Shown here in pieces: positions 37,668 to 51,024 of a stretch of DNA of 64,000 bases. Made by a program: the position numbers and the translations under genes. Numbering within the stretch: position 1 is the first letter of the stretch; every line of letters begins with the position of its first letter. Source of the stretch: Mobula hypostoma (Eukaryota); NCBI RefSeq assembly GCF_963921235.1, contig NC_086097.1, positions 52,888,001 through 52,952,000 on the forward strand, read 5' to 3'. The notes under the pieces were generated by a model, which did no database searches, had not been told where the DNA came from, and was given only the letters and a program-made list of their open reading frames with translations.

Positions 37668-40600
37668 GTAGACCATAAGACATAGGAGTAGAATTAGGCC
37701 ATTTGGCTCATCGAATCTGCTCCACCATTCAATCATGGCTAGTCCTTTTTTTCCCCTCCCCCCACCCCCCCCCCCCGCCAGCCGCATTCCGCGGTCTTCT
37801 CCCCGTAACCTTTCATGCTTTGGCCAATCAAGAACCTATCAAGCTCTGCCTTAAATACACCTGGCCTCCACAGCTGCCTGTTTCAAATTCACCACCCTCT
37901 GGCTAAAGAAATTTCTCCACATCTGTTTCGAAAGGGTGCCCCTCTATCCTGTAGCTGTATCCTCTTGCCCTATACTCCCCCACCACGGGGAAACAACTTT
38001 TCCACATCTAATGTCTAGACCTTCCAACGTTCAAAGTTTCCATGAGATCCCCCCCACACACACATCCTTTTAAATTCCAGTGAATAGAGACCCAGAGCTA
38101 TCAAACATTCCTAGTATGATAACTCTTTCATTCCCAGAATCATCCTTGCCAACCTTCTTTGAACTCTCTCCAATGCCAGCCCATTTTTTTTAAGATGATG
38201 AGCCCAGAACTGTTCACAATACTCGAGGTGAGGCCTCACCAGTGCCTTATAAAGCCTCAGCATCACATCCCTGCTCTTGTATTCAAGACCTCTTGAAATG
38301 AATGCCAACATTGCATTTGCCGCCTTCACCACCAACGCTACCTGCAACCTTATGTTTTGCACAAAGACTCCCAAGTCCCTTTGCATTTCAAATTTTTGGA
38401 TTTTCTCCCCATTTAGAAAATAGTCCACACATTTATTTCTTCTACAAAAGTGCATGATCATGCATTTTCCAACATTGTATTTCATTTGCCACTTTCTTGC
38501 CTATCCTCCTAATCTGTGGCTAAGTCCTTCTGCAGTCTACCTGTTTCCTCAACCCTATCTGCCTCTCCACCCATCTCCATATCATCTGCAAACTGTCACC
38601 AATGCCACCTATTCATCTAAATCATTAACATGCAGCATAAAAAGCAGTCCCAACACTGACCCCTGTGGAACACCACTAGTCACTGACAGCCAATTCAAAA
38701 AGGATCCTTTTATTCCCACTCACTGCCTCCTACCGATCAGCCAATGCTCTAACCATGCCAGTAAATTTCCTGTAAGACCATTGGCTGTTAACTTGGAAAT
38801 CAGCCTCATATGTGGCACCTTGACAAAGGCCTTCTGAAAATCCAAGTAAGCAACATCCACTACATCCCCTTTATCTATCCTACTTGTTATCTCCTCAAAG
38901 AATTCCAACAGGTTCATCGGGTAAGATTTTCCCTTAAGGAAACCATGCTGACTTTGTCCTATCTTGTCCAGTGTCATTAAGTACTCCATAATCTCCATCC
39001 TTAACAATTGACTGCAACATCTTCCCAACCACTGAGGTCAGGCTAATTGGTCTATAATTTCCTTTCTGCTGCCTCTCTCCTTTCTTAGAGTGGAGTGCCA
39101 TTTGCAATTCTCCAGTCCTCTGACACCATGCCCAAGTCCAATGATTTTTGAAAGATCATTACTAATGCCTCCACAATCTCTGCTGCCACCTCTTTCAGAA
39201 CCCTAGGGTGCAGTTCCTCTGGTCCAGTTAACTTGGGTACCCTTGGGTCTTTCAGCTTTTTGAGCATCTTCTTCCTTGTAATAGTAACTGCACTCACTTC
39301 TCTTCCCTCACACCCTTCAACAGCTGACACACTGCTAGTGTCTTCCACAGTGAAGACTGATGCAAAATACTCATTTAGTTCATCTGCCATTTCCTTGGCC
39401 CCTGTTGTTATTTTTCCAGCCTTGTTTTCTAATGGTCCTATATCCACTCTCATCTCTTATTTTTTACATACTTGAAAAAGCCTTTACTATCCACTTTGAT
39501 ACTGTTTGCTAGTTTGTTTTCATATTTCATCTTTTCCCTCCTAATAATTTTAGTTGCTCTCTGTAGACTTCTAGAAGTTCCCAATGTTTTATCTTCCAAC
39601 TAATTTTTGCTTATTATATGCCCTCACTTTTGCTTTAACATTAGCTTTGACTTCCCATGGTTGTACTATTTTGCCATTTGAGAATTTCTTCATTTTGGAA
39701 TGCATCTGTCCTGCACCTTCCTCATTTTCCAGAAACCTGTGCCATTGCTGCTGTCTTGGCATCCCTGCCAGCATCTCCTTCCAATTTAGTTTGGCCAATT
39801 CCTCTGTCATACCACTGTATTTCCTTTACTCCGCTGAAATACTGCTACGTCAGACTTAACTTTCTCCCCATCAGATTTCAAGTTGAACTCAGTCATATTG
39901 TGATCACTCTCTCCTTGGGGTCTTTCTAACTTAAACTCCTTAATTAGCTCCAGTTGATTACATAACACCCAATCCAATATAATTCATCCCCTAGTGGGCT
40001 CAATAATGTACTACTGTAAAAAGCCATCTCATAAGCATTCAACAAACGCTCTCAAGATCCATTTCCAACCTGATTTTCCCAATTGACTTGCATGTTGAAA
40101 TCTCCCATGACTATCATAACGTTGCCCTTTTGACATACCTTTTCTGTTTCCTGTCTTAATCTGTAGTCCACATCCCAGCTTCTGTTGGGAGGCCTGTATA
40201 TAACTGCCATCAGGATCCTTTCACCCTTGCAGTTTCTTGACTCAATCCACAGTGGTTCAACATCTTCTGCTCCTGTGTCACATCTTTCTACTGATTTGAT
40301 GCCATTCTTTACCAGCAGAGCCAGGCCACCCTCTCTGCCTACCTTCTTATCGCTCCAATACAATGTGTAGCCTTGTACATTCAGCTCCCAACTACAACCG
40401 TCCTTGAGCCATGATTCAGTGATGGCCACAACATCACACCTGACAATCTGTAATAGTGCAACAAGATCATCCACCTTATTTCTTGCATTCTGTGCTTTGA
40501 GATTTAACAGTTTGTGTACTGTATTTGCTACCCTTTTTGATTCTGCATCCCTAATGCACTGATGCTCCTATAATCTGCCTGCCCTTTCTGACAGTCTGAC

Positions 40601-40940
40601 TGCACACCATCTTGCTCTTATACCATCTGGCGTATCCTGAGTCCCTTCATTCTGGTTCTCACCTCCCTGCCAAATTAGTTTAAACCTTTCCCAACAGCTC
40701 CAACAAACCTGCCCACGAGAATATTGATTCCCCTTGGGTTCAGGTGCAACCCACCCTTTTGTACAGGTCGTGCCTCCCCCAGAAGAGGTCCAATGATCTA
40801 AGAACCTGAAGCCCTGCCACCTTCACCAGCTTCTCAACCACACATTTAGCTGCCAGATCATCCTGTTTCTACCCTCACTGGCGCATGGCACAGGTAGCAA
40901 TCCAGAAATTACTACCCTGGAGGTCCTGCTTCTCAGTTTT
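37668..40940 (-). mobile_element. Long degenerate CR1 LINE (APE endonuclease plus RT)
   Basis: DVVAITESWL, YRPP, MGDFN, SQHGF and YLDFQKAF motifs; 3' tail agaccataagacatagg on the + strand. Confidence 0.92.
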
Positions 40941-41167
40941 CTCCCTTGCTCTCTCATTTCTCTCTTGAAGCTTTCCAAGTGGGTGGTTATCAAAAAAGTG
41001 CTTTATTCATTACACTCTTGTGACTCTGTTTACTAAATTCAATTACTGAAATAGAATTTGTATGAAGCAGCATGTAACTAATACAAATTGTATTTACTAA
41101 TGCTAATTCAGATTATTGATGTATGTACATGGAGCTTTCTCTAACTATTTTTTTTCAATGCTCTCAG

Positions 41168-41396
41168 GATTCCATTACGGCTCACATTCTTGTTTGTTAG
41201 TATTCTGTTTCTGGTGGTGAATTTCACATGTGCAGTACTTGTCCAAGGAAATGTGCCAGAAAACCAATTGAAATGGACAGTGTTTGCTCGAGTGCTCATC
41301 AATGATAGCCTTTTTGTACTTTGTGCCATATCATTAGCAGTGTGCATCCTCAAAATCGCAAAAATGTCATCTGCAAATGTTTATCTCGAGTCAAAG
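41168..41396 (+). CDS. GPR137C: GPR137C exon 3
   Basis: ctctcag|[24 protein letters not shown]...[14 protein letters not shown]...[10 protein letters not shown]|gtaagg. 229 nt. Confidence 0.93.
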
Positions 41397-42379
41397 GTAA
41401 GGTTACTTTTCAAACTCATGCACTTTAAAAATGTACTTTAAATATTGTTAACATCTATTTGTCTCCCAATTTTTTAATGCTTTTTAAAAATTAAACTGAC
41501 ATTTTCAGTCAAATTAATTTATGTATGTATTTATTTATTTATTTCTACTTTGTACCTTCAACTTTGATTTTAAACCCACATTTTTTATTGGTAGCCAGAT
41601 ATTCTTGGGAGCCATTAAGCAGCAGAAATTGTCTAATTTTCATTATTACCACTATGCAGATTTCAAGAGAATTATGCCTCACTATTTGAATGGAAAGTGG
41701 CTCTCCCCTTACTATTAGTCATGGGAGTACCTTGATGCAGGCCACAAGTAAACAACATATTTGGTATCCTAGATAATTTAATTCTATTAATTATGGAAAT
41801 TGTATAATAGTGTCAAATTCAGTTAATCACCAGGAGCTATACTCTGACCACTACACTATTGCACAATACCAGAAAGTTATAGTAAAAGCAGTAAATACTG
41901 GAAATGTTCAGCGAGTCGGACAGCATCTGTGGTGAAAGCAGTGTTAATGTTTCAGCTCACTGACTTTCCATCTCAGTTGTATCAAGTTTCTGAAACGAGC
42001 GTTTTTAAATTGCAGGTGGGAGGGTAGTAGTGGAGAGAAAAAGGGAATGTCTGCAATGCAATAAATGGGTTGATAGTTGCTGATGCTATCAAATTAGAGG
42101 TAATGTAAGTTTGTTAATTGCTAATTATCCTGAAAGATAAGAAAATCAAATCGAAATGAGGTTTATAGGGTTTTAAATGCTGTGACTGAGATGCAGAGCA
42201 TTGCATTTGCTGGACATCTGGAAAGAAAATAAATGCGAGAAAAAAAAGCAGTAAATCAGACAATATTGATGAAAAGAGTAAATCTGAAATGTTGGTGATC
42301 TTGCAGGAAAACAAGTAAATAAATTACTTATATTGAATAGATTTTTAAGAAGTGCAAAAACTGAAATACTGTATTTTTT

Positions 42380-42960
42380 TTAAAGTGAGGTAGTGTTCAT
42401 GGGTTCAATGTCCATTTAGAAATCAGATGGCAGAGGGGAAGAAGCTGTTCCTGTATTGCTGAGTGTGTTCCTTCAGCTTCTGTACCTCCTATCTGATAGT
42501 GATAGTGAGAAAAGGGCATGCCTAGGTACCGGACCTCCTAGGTGCTGGAGGTTCTTAATAATGGACGCTGCCTTTCTGAGACACCGCTCCCTGAAGATGT
42601 CCTGGGTATTTTGTCGGCTAGTACCCAAGATGGAGCTGACTAGATTTACAACCTTCTACAGCTTCTCTCGGTCCTGTGCAGTATCCCCTCCACACCAGAC
42701 AGTGATGCAGCCTGTCAGTGTTCTCCACGATACAACTATAGAAGTTTTCGAGTGTATATGTTGACGTGCCAAATCTCTTCAAACTCCTAATAAAGTATAG
42801 CCACTGTCTTGCCTTCTTTATAACTACATCGATATGTTGGGACCAGGTTAAATCCTCAGCGATCTTGACACCGAGGAACTTGAAGTTGCTCACTCTCTCC
42901 ACTTCTGATCCATCTATGAGGATTGGTATTGTGTTCCTTTGTCTTACCCTTCCTGAAATC
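42380..42960 (-). mobile_element. Rex-Babar-like LINE 3' fragment
   Basis: ERVSNFKFLGVKIAEDLTWSQHIDVVIKKARQWLYFIRSL. Confidence 0.75.
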
Positions 42961-42999
42961 CATGCTATCTCTCCTGGAAAGTCACCGTTCTTACTTTAT

Positions 43000-45900
43000 T
43001 TTTAAGGAACTCTTCATGCAGCAAATGCCTGATCAAGTTTGAATAGCCCTCACTAATGCACCTGTGAAGTACTATGGGGAGCTTGCTAAAATACTTGATA
43101 GTCTACACAGCCAGGCAGTAGTACATAATTCCTCCTCTCTTCCCTGCCTCATTAAGCCTCATCAGCAAGGCACCTGACAAAGTCACCCGCAGCTGCGAAA
43201 CAGACAATGTGGGCCACGTTTTCACAGTGCTCGCTTGGATATGAACGCTAGGAAGTGCTGACCACTTTGCAGCTTTGACAGTACCAGTGTATCGGGATAT
43301 CAGAGGTCCGTGAACACCATGGATTCCAGCTGCCAGGGCTGTCTAGTCTTCATTACAGGCACCCTTTCAGGGCAACACCTCCTGTGTGACACTGGTGCTC
43401 AAGTGAATGTGCTGCCAGCATTGCTTATTGACAAGAAGGCAAAGAGCGACAAAACCTCACTGGAGGCTGTCAACGGCAGCAGGATCCAGACTGACTGGGA
43501 CACAATGAGTGATGCTGTGCTTCAGTGGGCAACGTTACACATGCAACTTCATCCTGGCTACAGTGGCTAGACCTCTGCTCTGTGTTTGCCCAAGGACTAT
43601 TCGTCAACCCTTATTTTAAAAAAGAACTGCTGGCTTGTAGATATCAAGGACTTTGGGTTGTTATCCTACTCCCCCAGTAAGTTCTCCACAATGACTATCA
43701 AATGCATGCACCACCATGTACGAGTTTATTCGACTGCTGGATGAATGCCCGAGCCTCACCAAGCCCACATTCTTTACTATCATCACAAAATATGGAGTTA
43801 AGCACCACATTTGCCATTAGTCCATGCCTGCGCATGTGGACTGAACCCTAAAAAGCTGGCAACAGTGAGGGCAGAGTTTGCCAACAAGGGAAGACTTGAC
43901 ATTGTACACTGGTCAAATAGCCCTACTTTGCTCCTCCATCTGGTCCCTAAGTCCATTGGTGGTTGCCACCAGTGTGGCAATTAACGTTGCCTTAATGACA
44001 ATGTTCCCCCTACTTTGTAAAGACTAGTGTGTGCACACACCCCCCAGTGACAACAACATGTGCACACTGAATTTTATATAGTGGTATTCATTTTAACAGC
44101 TTGAGAAACATTGTCGATCAGAACTTTGATCTCCTCTGGGTTTGATCGTTTTCACTGTCGTTCATCAGCACTCTGAAAACAGATATCAGGCCTGTAGCGG
44201 GTAATGAAGGATTTTCTCGCTGGAGCTTTTTCACACCGTCAATATGTGATTTGCTTGCTGAACGTCACTTTAAAACGTCAAGTTTCCAAATATTACCCCA
44301 CTTCCCACTTGCAAAAGTTGCTGGAGAATTTGTATCACGACAATACGCATAGGCAACACCAGTTTCTGTATTGTACAAAAATATTTCTCATAGCTACACA
44401 TTCCTGATCTCATGAGCTTTAGGTGTAGTAGTTTCTACTGTTCCATTAAACCATTATGCTTTAAATGAACTTGCAGTTCTTTTCTGTTTCTTTAGAATTC
44501 AGCATAGCGCCAAATTTGACATAGTGAATCAATTAATTGCTTCAATAAAAATAGGATAAATAAGCTCGTTCTAAAATATGCAGGCACATCATCGCAAACT
44601 CCACGTTGTCCACATCAGAAACCAGAAAAGGAAATGTGATTGTGTATGATAGCATAATTAACATGCTAACGAGGTAGAGTGTGACGGCCTTTTGTGCATA
44701 GTTTTCCTTTGTGCATGCGCGCACCTTGGAGGGAACGTTGCTTAATGAGGCTACCACCCCCAATCATTACTCGGTCTCACACATCCAAGAATTTCTGGCA
44801 CTTAACCAGAAAATTTCTTTTCAAAGTCGATCTAGTTAAGGGCTACCATTGCATGCTTGTGCTCAGAGGCCAGTCACGAAACACCTGTGATACCATTTTG
44901 CCTCTGAGTTTCTGCAAATAACGTTTGGGCTGAAAAAATGCAGCACGGATTTTCCAGTGACTGTTGGACTCTGTATTAAAAGACTTCGATTTGCTTTTTG
45001 TTTACCTGGATGACATGCTTGTCGCCAAATCTGAACACATATCTCATCTCTGCACACTTTTCAAGTGCTTAACCAACAGTGACAGATTATTAATCCTGCT
45101 AAATGCCAGTTTGGTTTCGCAACCATTTACTTTCTTGGTCATCGCGTCACTGCAGAAGGTGCGAAACCCCTCCCATCAAAAGTGACCGCTATTATGGATT
45201 TCCCACTGCACCACACTAAAAAGCTGCAGGAGTTTTTGGGTATGGTGAATTTCTATCACCACTTCATTCACAAGCTGCTGAACTTGTGCTCCCCTTGTAC
45301 AGCATACTTAAAAGCAGCACTATACGAGGAAATGTGTGGCAGCTTCTCACCAGCCGCCAGCAGTTCTCTTCCCCCAAAAGGAAATACCGCCCGTTTGGCC
45401 ATGAGCTTCTCAGTGTCTACCTGGCTGTCCGTCATTTGAATTTTCTTCTGTTTCACAGCATTCGTTGACCACAAGTCCCTCGTGCACACGATGGCCAAAA
45501 TATTGGCCTATTGGTCTGCACAGCAGTGATGCCACCTGGCCTGCATGTCTGAATTCACAACTGCTATACAACATATCAAGGAGTGAAATAATGCCGTGGC
45601 TAATTGCCTCTCACGGCCAGCCGTTGCGGCCATACTTGTGAGAGTTGGCTATGGCAGCCGACCAAGTTACAGACCCAAAGCCACAGGCCTGTGGTTGGCT
45701 GACATTAAGTTCGAGGAAGCTGGGGTTTCTCTCCTGTGCGATGCCTCAACCAGTCACCCTCGCCCCATAGTGCCCACAAACTGATAGACTGTTTTTAACT
45801 CCATAAATGGCCTCTTGCATCTGGGCCAGAAGGCCTCACAGAAATTGGTTGCTCTGAAGTTTGTGTGGCATGAAGGATGTGCGTGATTGGACTGCAGCCT

Positions 45901-47112
45901 CTATGGCGTGCCAGCAAGCAAAACTTGACCAGCGCGTTCAGGTGCCATTTTGAGGTCCCCGAGTGACAGTTTTACTAGTCAATATGGACCTAGTTGGTCC
46001 TCTTCCTCCCCCCGCGCCCCCCCACGGTTTCTCACACCACCTTACCATGGTGGACTGTAGAACCTTCAGATGGCCAAAGATCATCCCTCCAGCATTGACG
46101 ACAGCCGCAGACGTGGCTCCGGCGTTCATTAGCAACTGGGTTGCTCCGTTTGGTACCCCATCTGATATTTCCTTTGACCATGGTCCCCAGCTCATATCAG
46201 ATCTCTGGGCTGCAATGGCCCATAACCTCAACGTTGGGCTACATCACACCACAGCGTGTCACCTGCAGTCCAATGGCCTATGTGGGTGGTTTCACCACTC
46301 CTTTAAAGCTGCTCTGAGGGCTCCCTGATGGATGAGTGTGGGCATGATCATCTCCCGTGGGTCCTGCTGGGGCTCAGAACAGCACCAAATGAGGACCTGC
46401 ACTCTGTCGCTGAGGTGGTATATGGGCAGCTGTTACGAGTGCCAAGTAATTTTATTCCTGACGCCATGACCGCCTGGTCAGCCTCTCAACAGTGTTCATC
46501 CTGCTCAGTAAATTCAATTCCCTTGCACCTATTCCTACCTCCCATCATAGTGTGCAGCAATCTTGGGTTCCTGTTAACTTGCATTCCACCTCATTTGTTT
46601 TCATCTGCCATGATGCATACCAACATCCCCTTAGGCCCATGTGATGGCCCATACCTGTTTTGGAATGGAGAGAAAAGACTCGTATCATAAGGTGGGTAAA
46701 CCTGAAGTGATTTGGGAGATCACTTCAATCCGCCCACCGAGTTTTGGAGCGTTCTGCTACTATCCCTTTGTCATCATGACATGAGCATGGGTGTGTCAAC
46801 ACACCTCTGGACAAGCCAGAGTTACCTGCTGTTCCAACATCCATGGACCATGGGACCCGAGCCGGGTGGATCATCTGAGCTCCGGACGGGCTGTCAATGC
46901 TGATTTTAGTAAATTCTTGTCGGGGTGGGGGCTGTAATGGGAATGCAATTGGTGGAGACGTACAGAATTCACAACCACCAACATTGAGTTGGTGTTCACT
47001 TTAAGAGGCAGGTCTGATGTGATTACATAAATACTGTTACCGTGCTTTGTCTTCAGTTTTTTGGAGATCATAAAAGCAGTTGTCACAGTTTCTCTGAAAC
47101 AAAAAGCCACAC
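43000..47112 (+). mobile_element. Degenerate Ty3/Gypsy LTR retrotransposon (protease-RT-RNaseH-integrase; possible 3' LTR from 46933)
   Basis: Protease LCDTGA; RT KVDLVKGYH and VYLDD; LQEFLGMVNFY; integrase MDLVGPLP...FGTPSDISFDHGPQ. A G-rich polypurine-like tract precedes TGTAA at 46933. Confidence 0.88.
43999..44740. mobile_element. Non-autonomous hAT-type DNA transposon (MITE)
   Basis: TIRs caatgttccc / gggaacgttg; 8-bp TSD cttaatga (43991-43998 and 44741-44748). Confidence 0.85.
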
Positions 47113-47129
47113 ACTATTTTGTTTGTGGA

Positions 47130-47345
47130 AACCTTCGGTATGTTCTCCCCGTCACCGCTTGGGTTTCCTCTATACGCTTCTTTCTTTCCACGTTCCAAAG
47201 ATGTACATGGGTTAGTGAGTTGGCGCTGGGAATTTGATAACACTTGCGGAGTGTCCAGTGCAAATCCCTGCTAACTTAATTTGTTGCAAATGATGCATTT
47301 CACTGTTTCAATGTACATGTGATAAATAAAGATAACCTAATCTGC
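47130..47345 (+). mobile_element. V-SINE-like fragment
   Basis: atgttctccccgt...tgggtttcctc...tccaaagatgt resembles the V-SINE core as I recall it. Confidence 0.55.
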
Positions 47346-47602
47346 AATTATGGTCAACGACTGCATTTTTGTCATCTTTTTGAGCATTTTCCAAATCTTG
47401 GTATTCAATAACTTCAGAATAAACAATATTTCCTGTTCTGTCTGAACTGGCCAGTATTGATAGATCATCAACCAATCCAGTTTTTCTCTCCACTGCTATT
47501 GCATAACCTGAGACTGTGGATGTCGGGATCTGGAGCAGCAAACAATCTGCTGAAGGAGCTCTGTGGGTTGTGCAGCTTCTGTGGAAGGAGACGAGTTGTT
47601 GA

Positions 47603-47803
47603 AGCGAGGAAATCTGCAGATGCTGGAATTTCAAGCAACACACACAAAAAAAATGCCGGTGGACGCAGCAGGCCACGCAGCATCTATAGGAAGAGGTACA
47701 GTCGAGATTTCGGTCCTGATGAAGGGTCTCGGCCTGAAACATTGACTGTACCTCTTCCTATAGATGCTGCCTGGTCTGCTGCGTTCACCAGCATTTTTTG
47801 TGT
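47603..47803. mobile_element. Palindromic Penelope-derived mini element with a hammerhead-like motif at 47712-47747 (GAAAC-ATT variant)
   Basis: Inverted terminal-repeat arms; CTGATGA...GAAAC core on the + strand. Confidence 0.8.
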
Positions 47804-48191
47804 AGGAGTTGACATTTCAGTTTGAAACCCTGGATCAAAATAAGAAATATTGACAATGCATTTCCACTCTCAGATGCTGCTTAACTTACTGAGTCCCTCC
47901 AGAACATTGTTTATTACTTCACCTTTTCTTTCCATCCTCCCTTCTGTATCTTGATATTTACTTGATTCCTGGCTTTGCCTGGTGTTAATGAGAGGTCATT
48001 GATCTGCAGTGTAAATCCCCTTTTTCTCCGCTATTGCTACTTGGCCAGCTGGTTATTCCAGCACGTTCTGAATTTCAGATTTCCAGCATCTGTCGTTTTT
48101 TTTTTTTGCTTTTCAGTTACCTAGAAACTGCAGTGGATTAACATTGAGAATTATCTGTTGAACCTTTGATTAACGTGTATTCTTTCTTCAG

Positions 48192-48341
48192 GGAACATCT
48201 GTTTGTCAGGCCATGATTGTGGGTGCTGCAGTGATCCTACTTTATATCTCCAGGGCTTCCTATAACCTGGTGGTTGTTTTCATGGCCCCAGAGGATAGGC
48301 CCAGTTCGTTCAACTATGGCTGGTACAATGTATCTGATCAG
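48192..48341 (+). CDS. GPR137C: GPR137C exon 4
   Basis: ttcttcag|GTSVCQAMIVGAAVILLYISRASYNLVVV...FNYGWYNVSDQ|gtaagc. 150 nt. Confidence 0.93.
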
Positions 48342-49179
48342 GTAAGCACAATAATGTAATTTTCTGCTTAAAACCAAAGCAGCTGTGTGGTTTTTGAGTC
48401 ATCTTTGAGGGGTGATTTCACTTGCATATTCAGCAATAACTTTGAAGTCTGTTATTTAGGAGGCAGAGTATACCAAATGCTAGAAATACTCAATGCCAAA
48501 AATGTTCCTGATTCCAGCATTTATGGTCTCTTGAGTTGTTGGAAATGCTTAGCAGGTCAAACTGCATCTGCGGAAAGAGAAACAGTTGTAGTTTTATATC
48601 TCCTCAACCATCAGGCTCTTTAACCAGGGAGGATAATTTTACTCAACTTCACTCACCCCAGCCTATGGTTCCACAACCTATGGACTCACTTTCAAGAACT
48701 CTACAATCATGTCCCAATATTTATTGCTTTTTTCAAATTTTCTTTGTACAGTTTGTCTTTTGTACCTTGGCTGTTTGTCCCTCTATGTGCAATTTAATTA
48801 ACTCTATTGGTTCTATATAATTACTGTGAATGCCCACAAGAAAATGAATCTGGGTCATGTATGGTGACAAAGCTTGATAAACTTAGTCTGAACTTTGACA
48901 GAACTGAAAAGGGGATACACTTGTCAAGCTGCGGGGAGGGTGGGGACGGGAATGTCTCTCATTAAAACTGGAGTGATGAGGATCAGCTGTAAAGAAAGAT
49001 CAATGATTGAATGGCAGCAGTTACACGATGAGAACTAAGACACAAGAATGTGGGAGTTACAAAATACTTAACAGGAGGAAAAGCTCATCAGGTCAGTCTG
49101 AAGAGTCTCACAAAGAAAATAAACTGAGCTGAGATGACAAATGGATGACTGATTTCTAAAGAAATTTTAAAAACTGGTA

Positions 49180-50060
49180 AAATTCAGTTCTAACTAGAAG
49201 GCTACAATGTGCGCAGACAGAAAATGGGGTGCTGTATGTTAAACTTGCATTGGGTCTGTCAAACAGTGCAGGAAGCCACGGATTGATGGGTCAGAGGAAT
49301 GGAATGAAGAATTAAAACAGACAATTGGAAATTCTGGGTTGCCACTGTAGATTGCAAGCAAATGTTCCACTAAGCAATGGTCCAATCTGCCAATCTGCAT
49401 TCCATCAATGTGAACACTGAATGCAGTACATTGGGTTGGAAGGGGTGTAAGTGAATTGCTGCTTCATCTGCAAAGATTATTTGGGTCTGTGGATGGTAGG
49501 AACCACAGAGATGAAAGAACTAGTGCTGCATTGCCTGTGGCTGGTGGAACATGCTGTAAGAAAAGGGGGCATTAGTAGCAATATAGGGAGTCACAATGGG
49601 AATGGTCCTTGTGAAATGCTGAAAGAGGTGGAGAGTGAAATGTGAACACAAAATACTTTGCAGATGCTGGGGTCAAAGCAACACTCACAACACGCTGGAG
49701 GAACTCAGCAGGTCGGGCAGCATCCGTGGAAACGATCAATCAACGTTTCGGGCCGGAACCTGACAACCGAAGGGTTCCAGCCCGAAACGTTGACTGATCG
49801 TTTCCACGGATGCTGCCCGACCTGCTGAGTTCCTCCAGCGTGTTGGGAGAGCGAAATGTGTTAGGTGATGGGATTTCTTTGGAGGTGGCAACAAATGATC
49901 TGTTGAATGCCAGGCTGTTGGAGTGAAAGGTGAGGGCCAGGGAAATCTCTATCCTTACTCTCTCCCCTCTGGGACAGAGCAGGAGCATAGACATGGGAAA
50001 TGGGTGAGATGAAGTAGAGGACTTTAACGTTAGTAGAGAAGAAAAAAGTGAGGCATGTAC
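49180..50060 (-). mobile_element. Degenerate Penelope-like remnant hosting a palindromic mini element (49645-49845)
   Basis: LALTFH...FNRSF similarity to copy 3. The insert is flanked by ggagag(t/c)gaaatgtg (49630-49644 and 49846-49860). Confidence 0.7.
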
Positions 50061-50305
50061 TGAAATTCCCATCAGAACAAAAATTAAATATTCCACCACA
50101 AAATGAGTCTTTGACCTGAAGCATTAACAGAATTAATTAAATAAATTGAAACAAGATGGTCTTTTACAAGTTAAGACACCATTTCCAAACTACTTTAAAT
50201 GTTCATTGATTTATCTTTTTTCCATTGCCTTTATTGGATTTTCCTTTGAATGTTGCATCTGACTCTTTTTCGATTGTACTAAACTGCATTAATGTTTACT
50301 TACAG

Positions 50306-50431
50306 GCTGATGTTGAAAAAGTCAGTGACCAAGCTTATGTGGCATTTGGAATCATTCTTTTCCTTTGGGAGCTCTTGCCTACAAGTTTGGTGGTATTCTT
50401 TTTCAGAGTGCAGAGGCCAAATCAAAATCTG
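50306..50431 (+). CDS. GPR137C: GPR137C exon 5
   Basis: ttacag|ADVEKVSDQAYVAFGIILFLWELLPTSLVVFFFRVQRPNQNL|gtatga. 126 nt. Confidence 0.93.
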
Positions 50432-51024
50432 GTATGAAATTGCTTTAACAGATTTTCTTGAAAGATAAGTTTTCCCTTTCATCTATCACATGCCTCTAGC
50501 AATGTTTATTTTAAATTGTTCAATGTGTAGTGCTAACACTTTTAATGCTTCCCCATTCTCCAGTGAATGCTCTTACAAATGGACACAGGTAGAAAAATGA
50601 AGGCGTCGACCGTTCAGTTCCTAAAGCTTTCTCTGCCATTCGATCCAAGGCTGATTTTGCACTCATGTTTTTAACGCTTTATGTGCTTAACAAATCTCAG
50701 TCCTACAGAACTACAACTTTTTTTTTTAGATTATGAGGGCACACAGTCCTCTTTTATTGTCATTTAGTAATGCATGCATTAAGAAATGATACAATATTCC
50801 TCCGGTGTGATATCAAACTTGTAAACTTGACCTAGTATCAAGATCTGCTCTTAACCACTTCTCAAGCTTGCTATAACTTGAAGTTTGCTCAAAACTGTAC
50901 TAAAGCACTACTTCACTACATTTGATTGCTGGCCCTTCAGATCTCAAATTAAGATTTTGTCAGTGCCATTTGTTTGCCCCAATTGTATCCATAAAGTACT
51001 TCTTTCTTCTCCCTGCATGAGATG

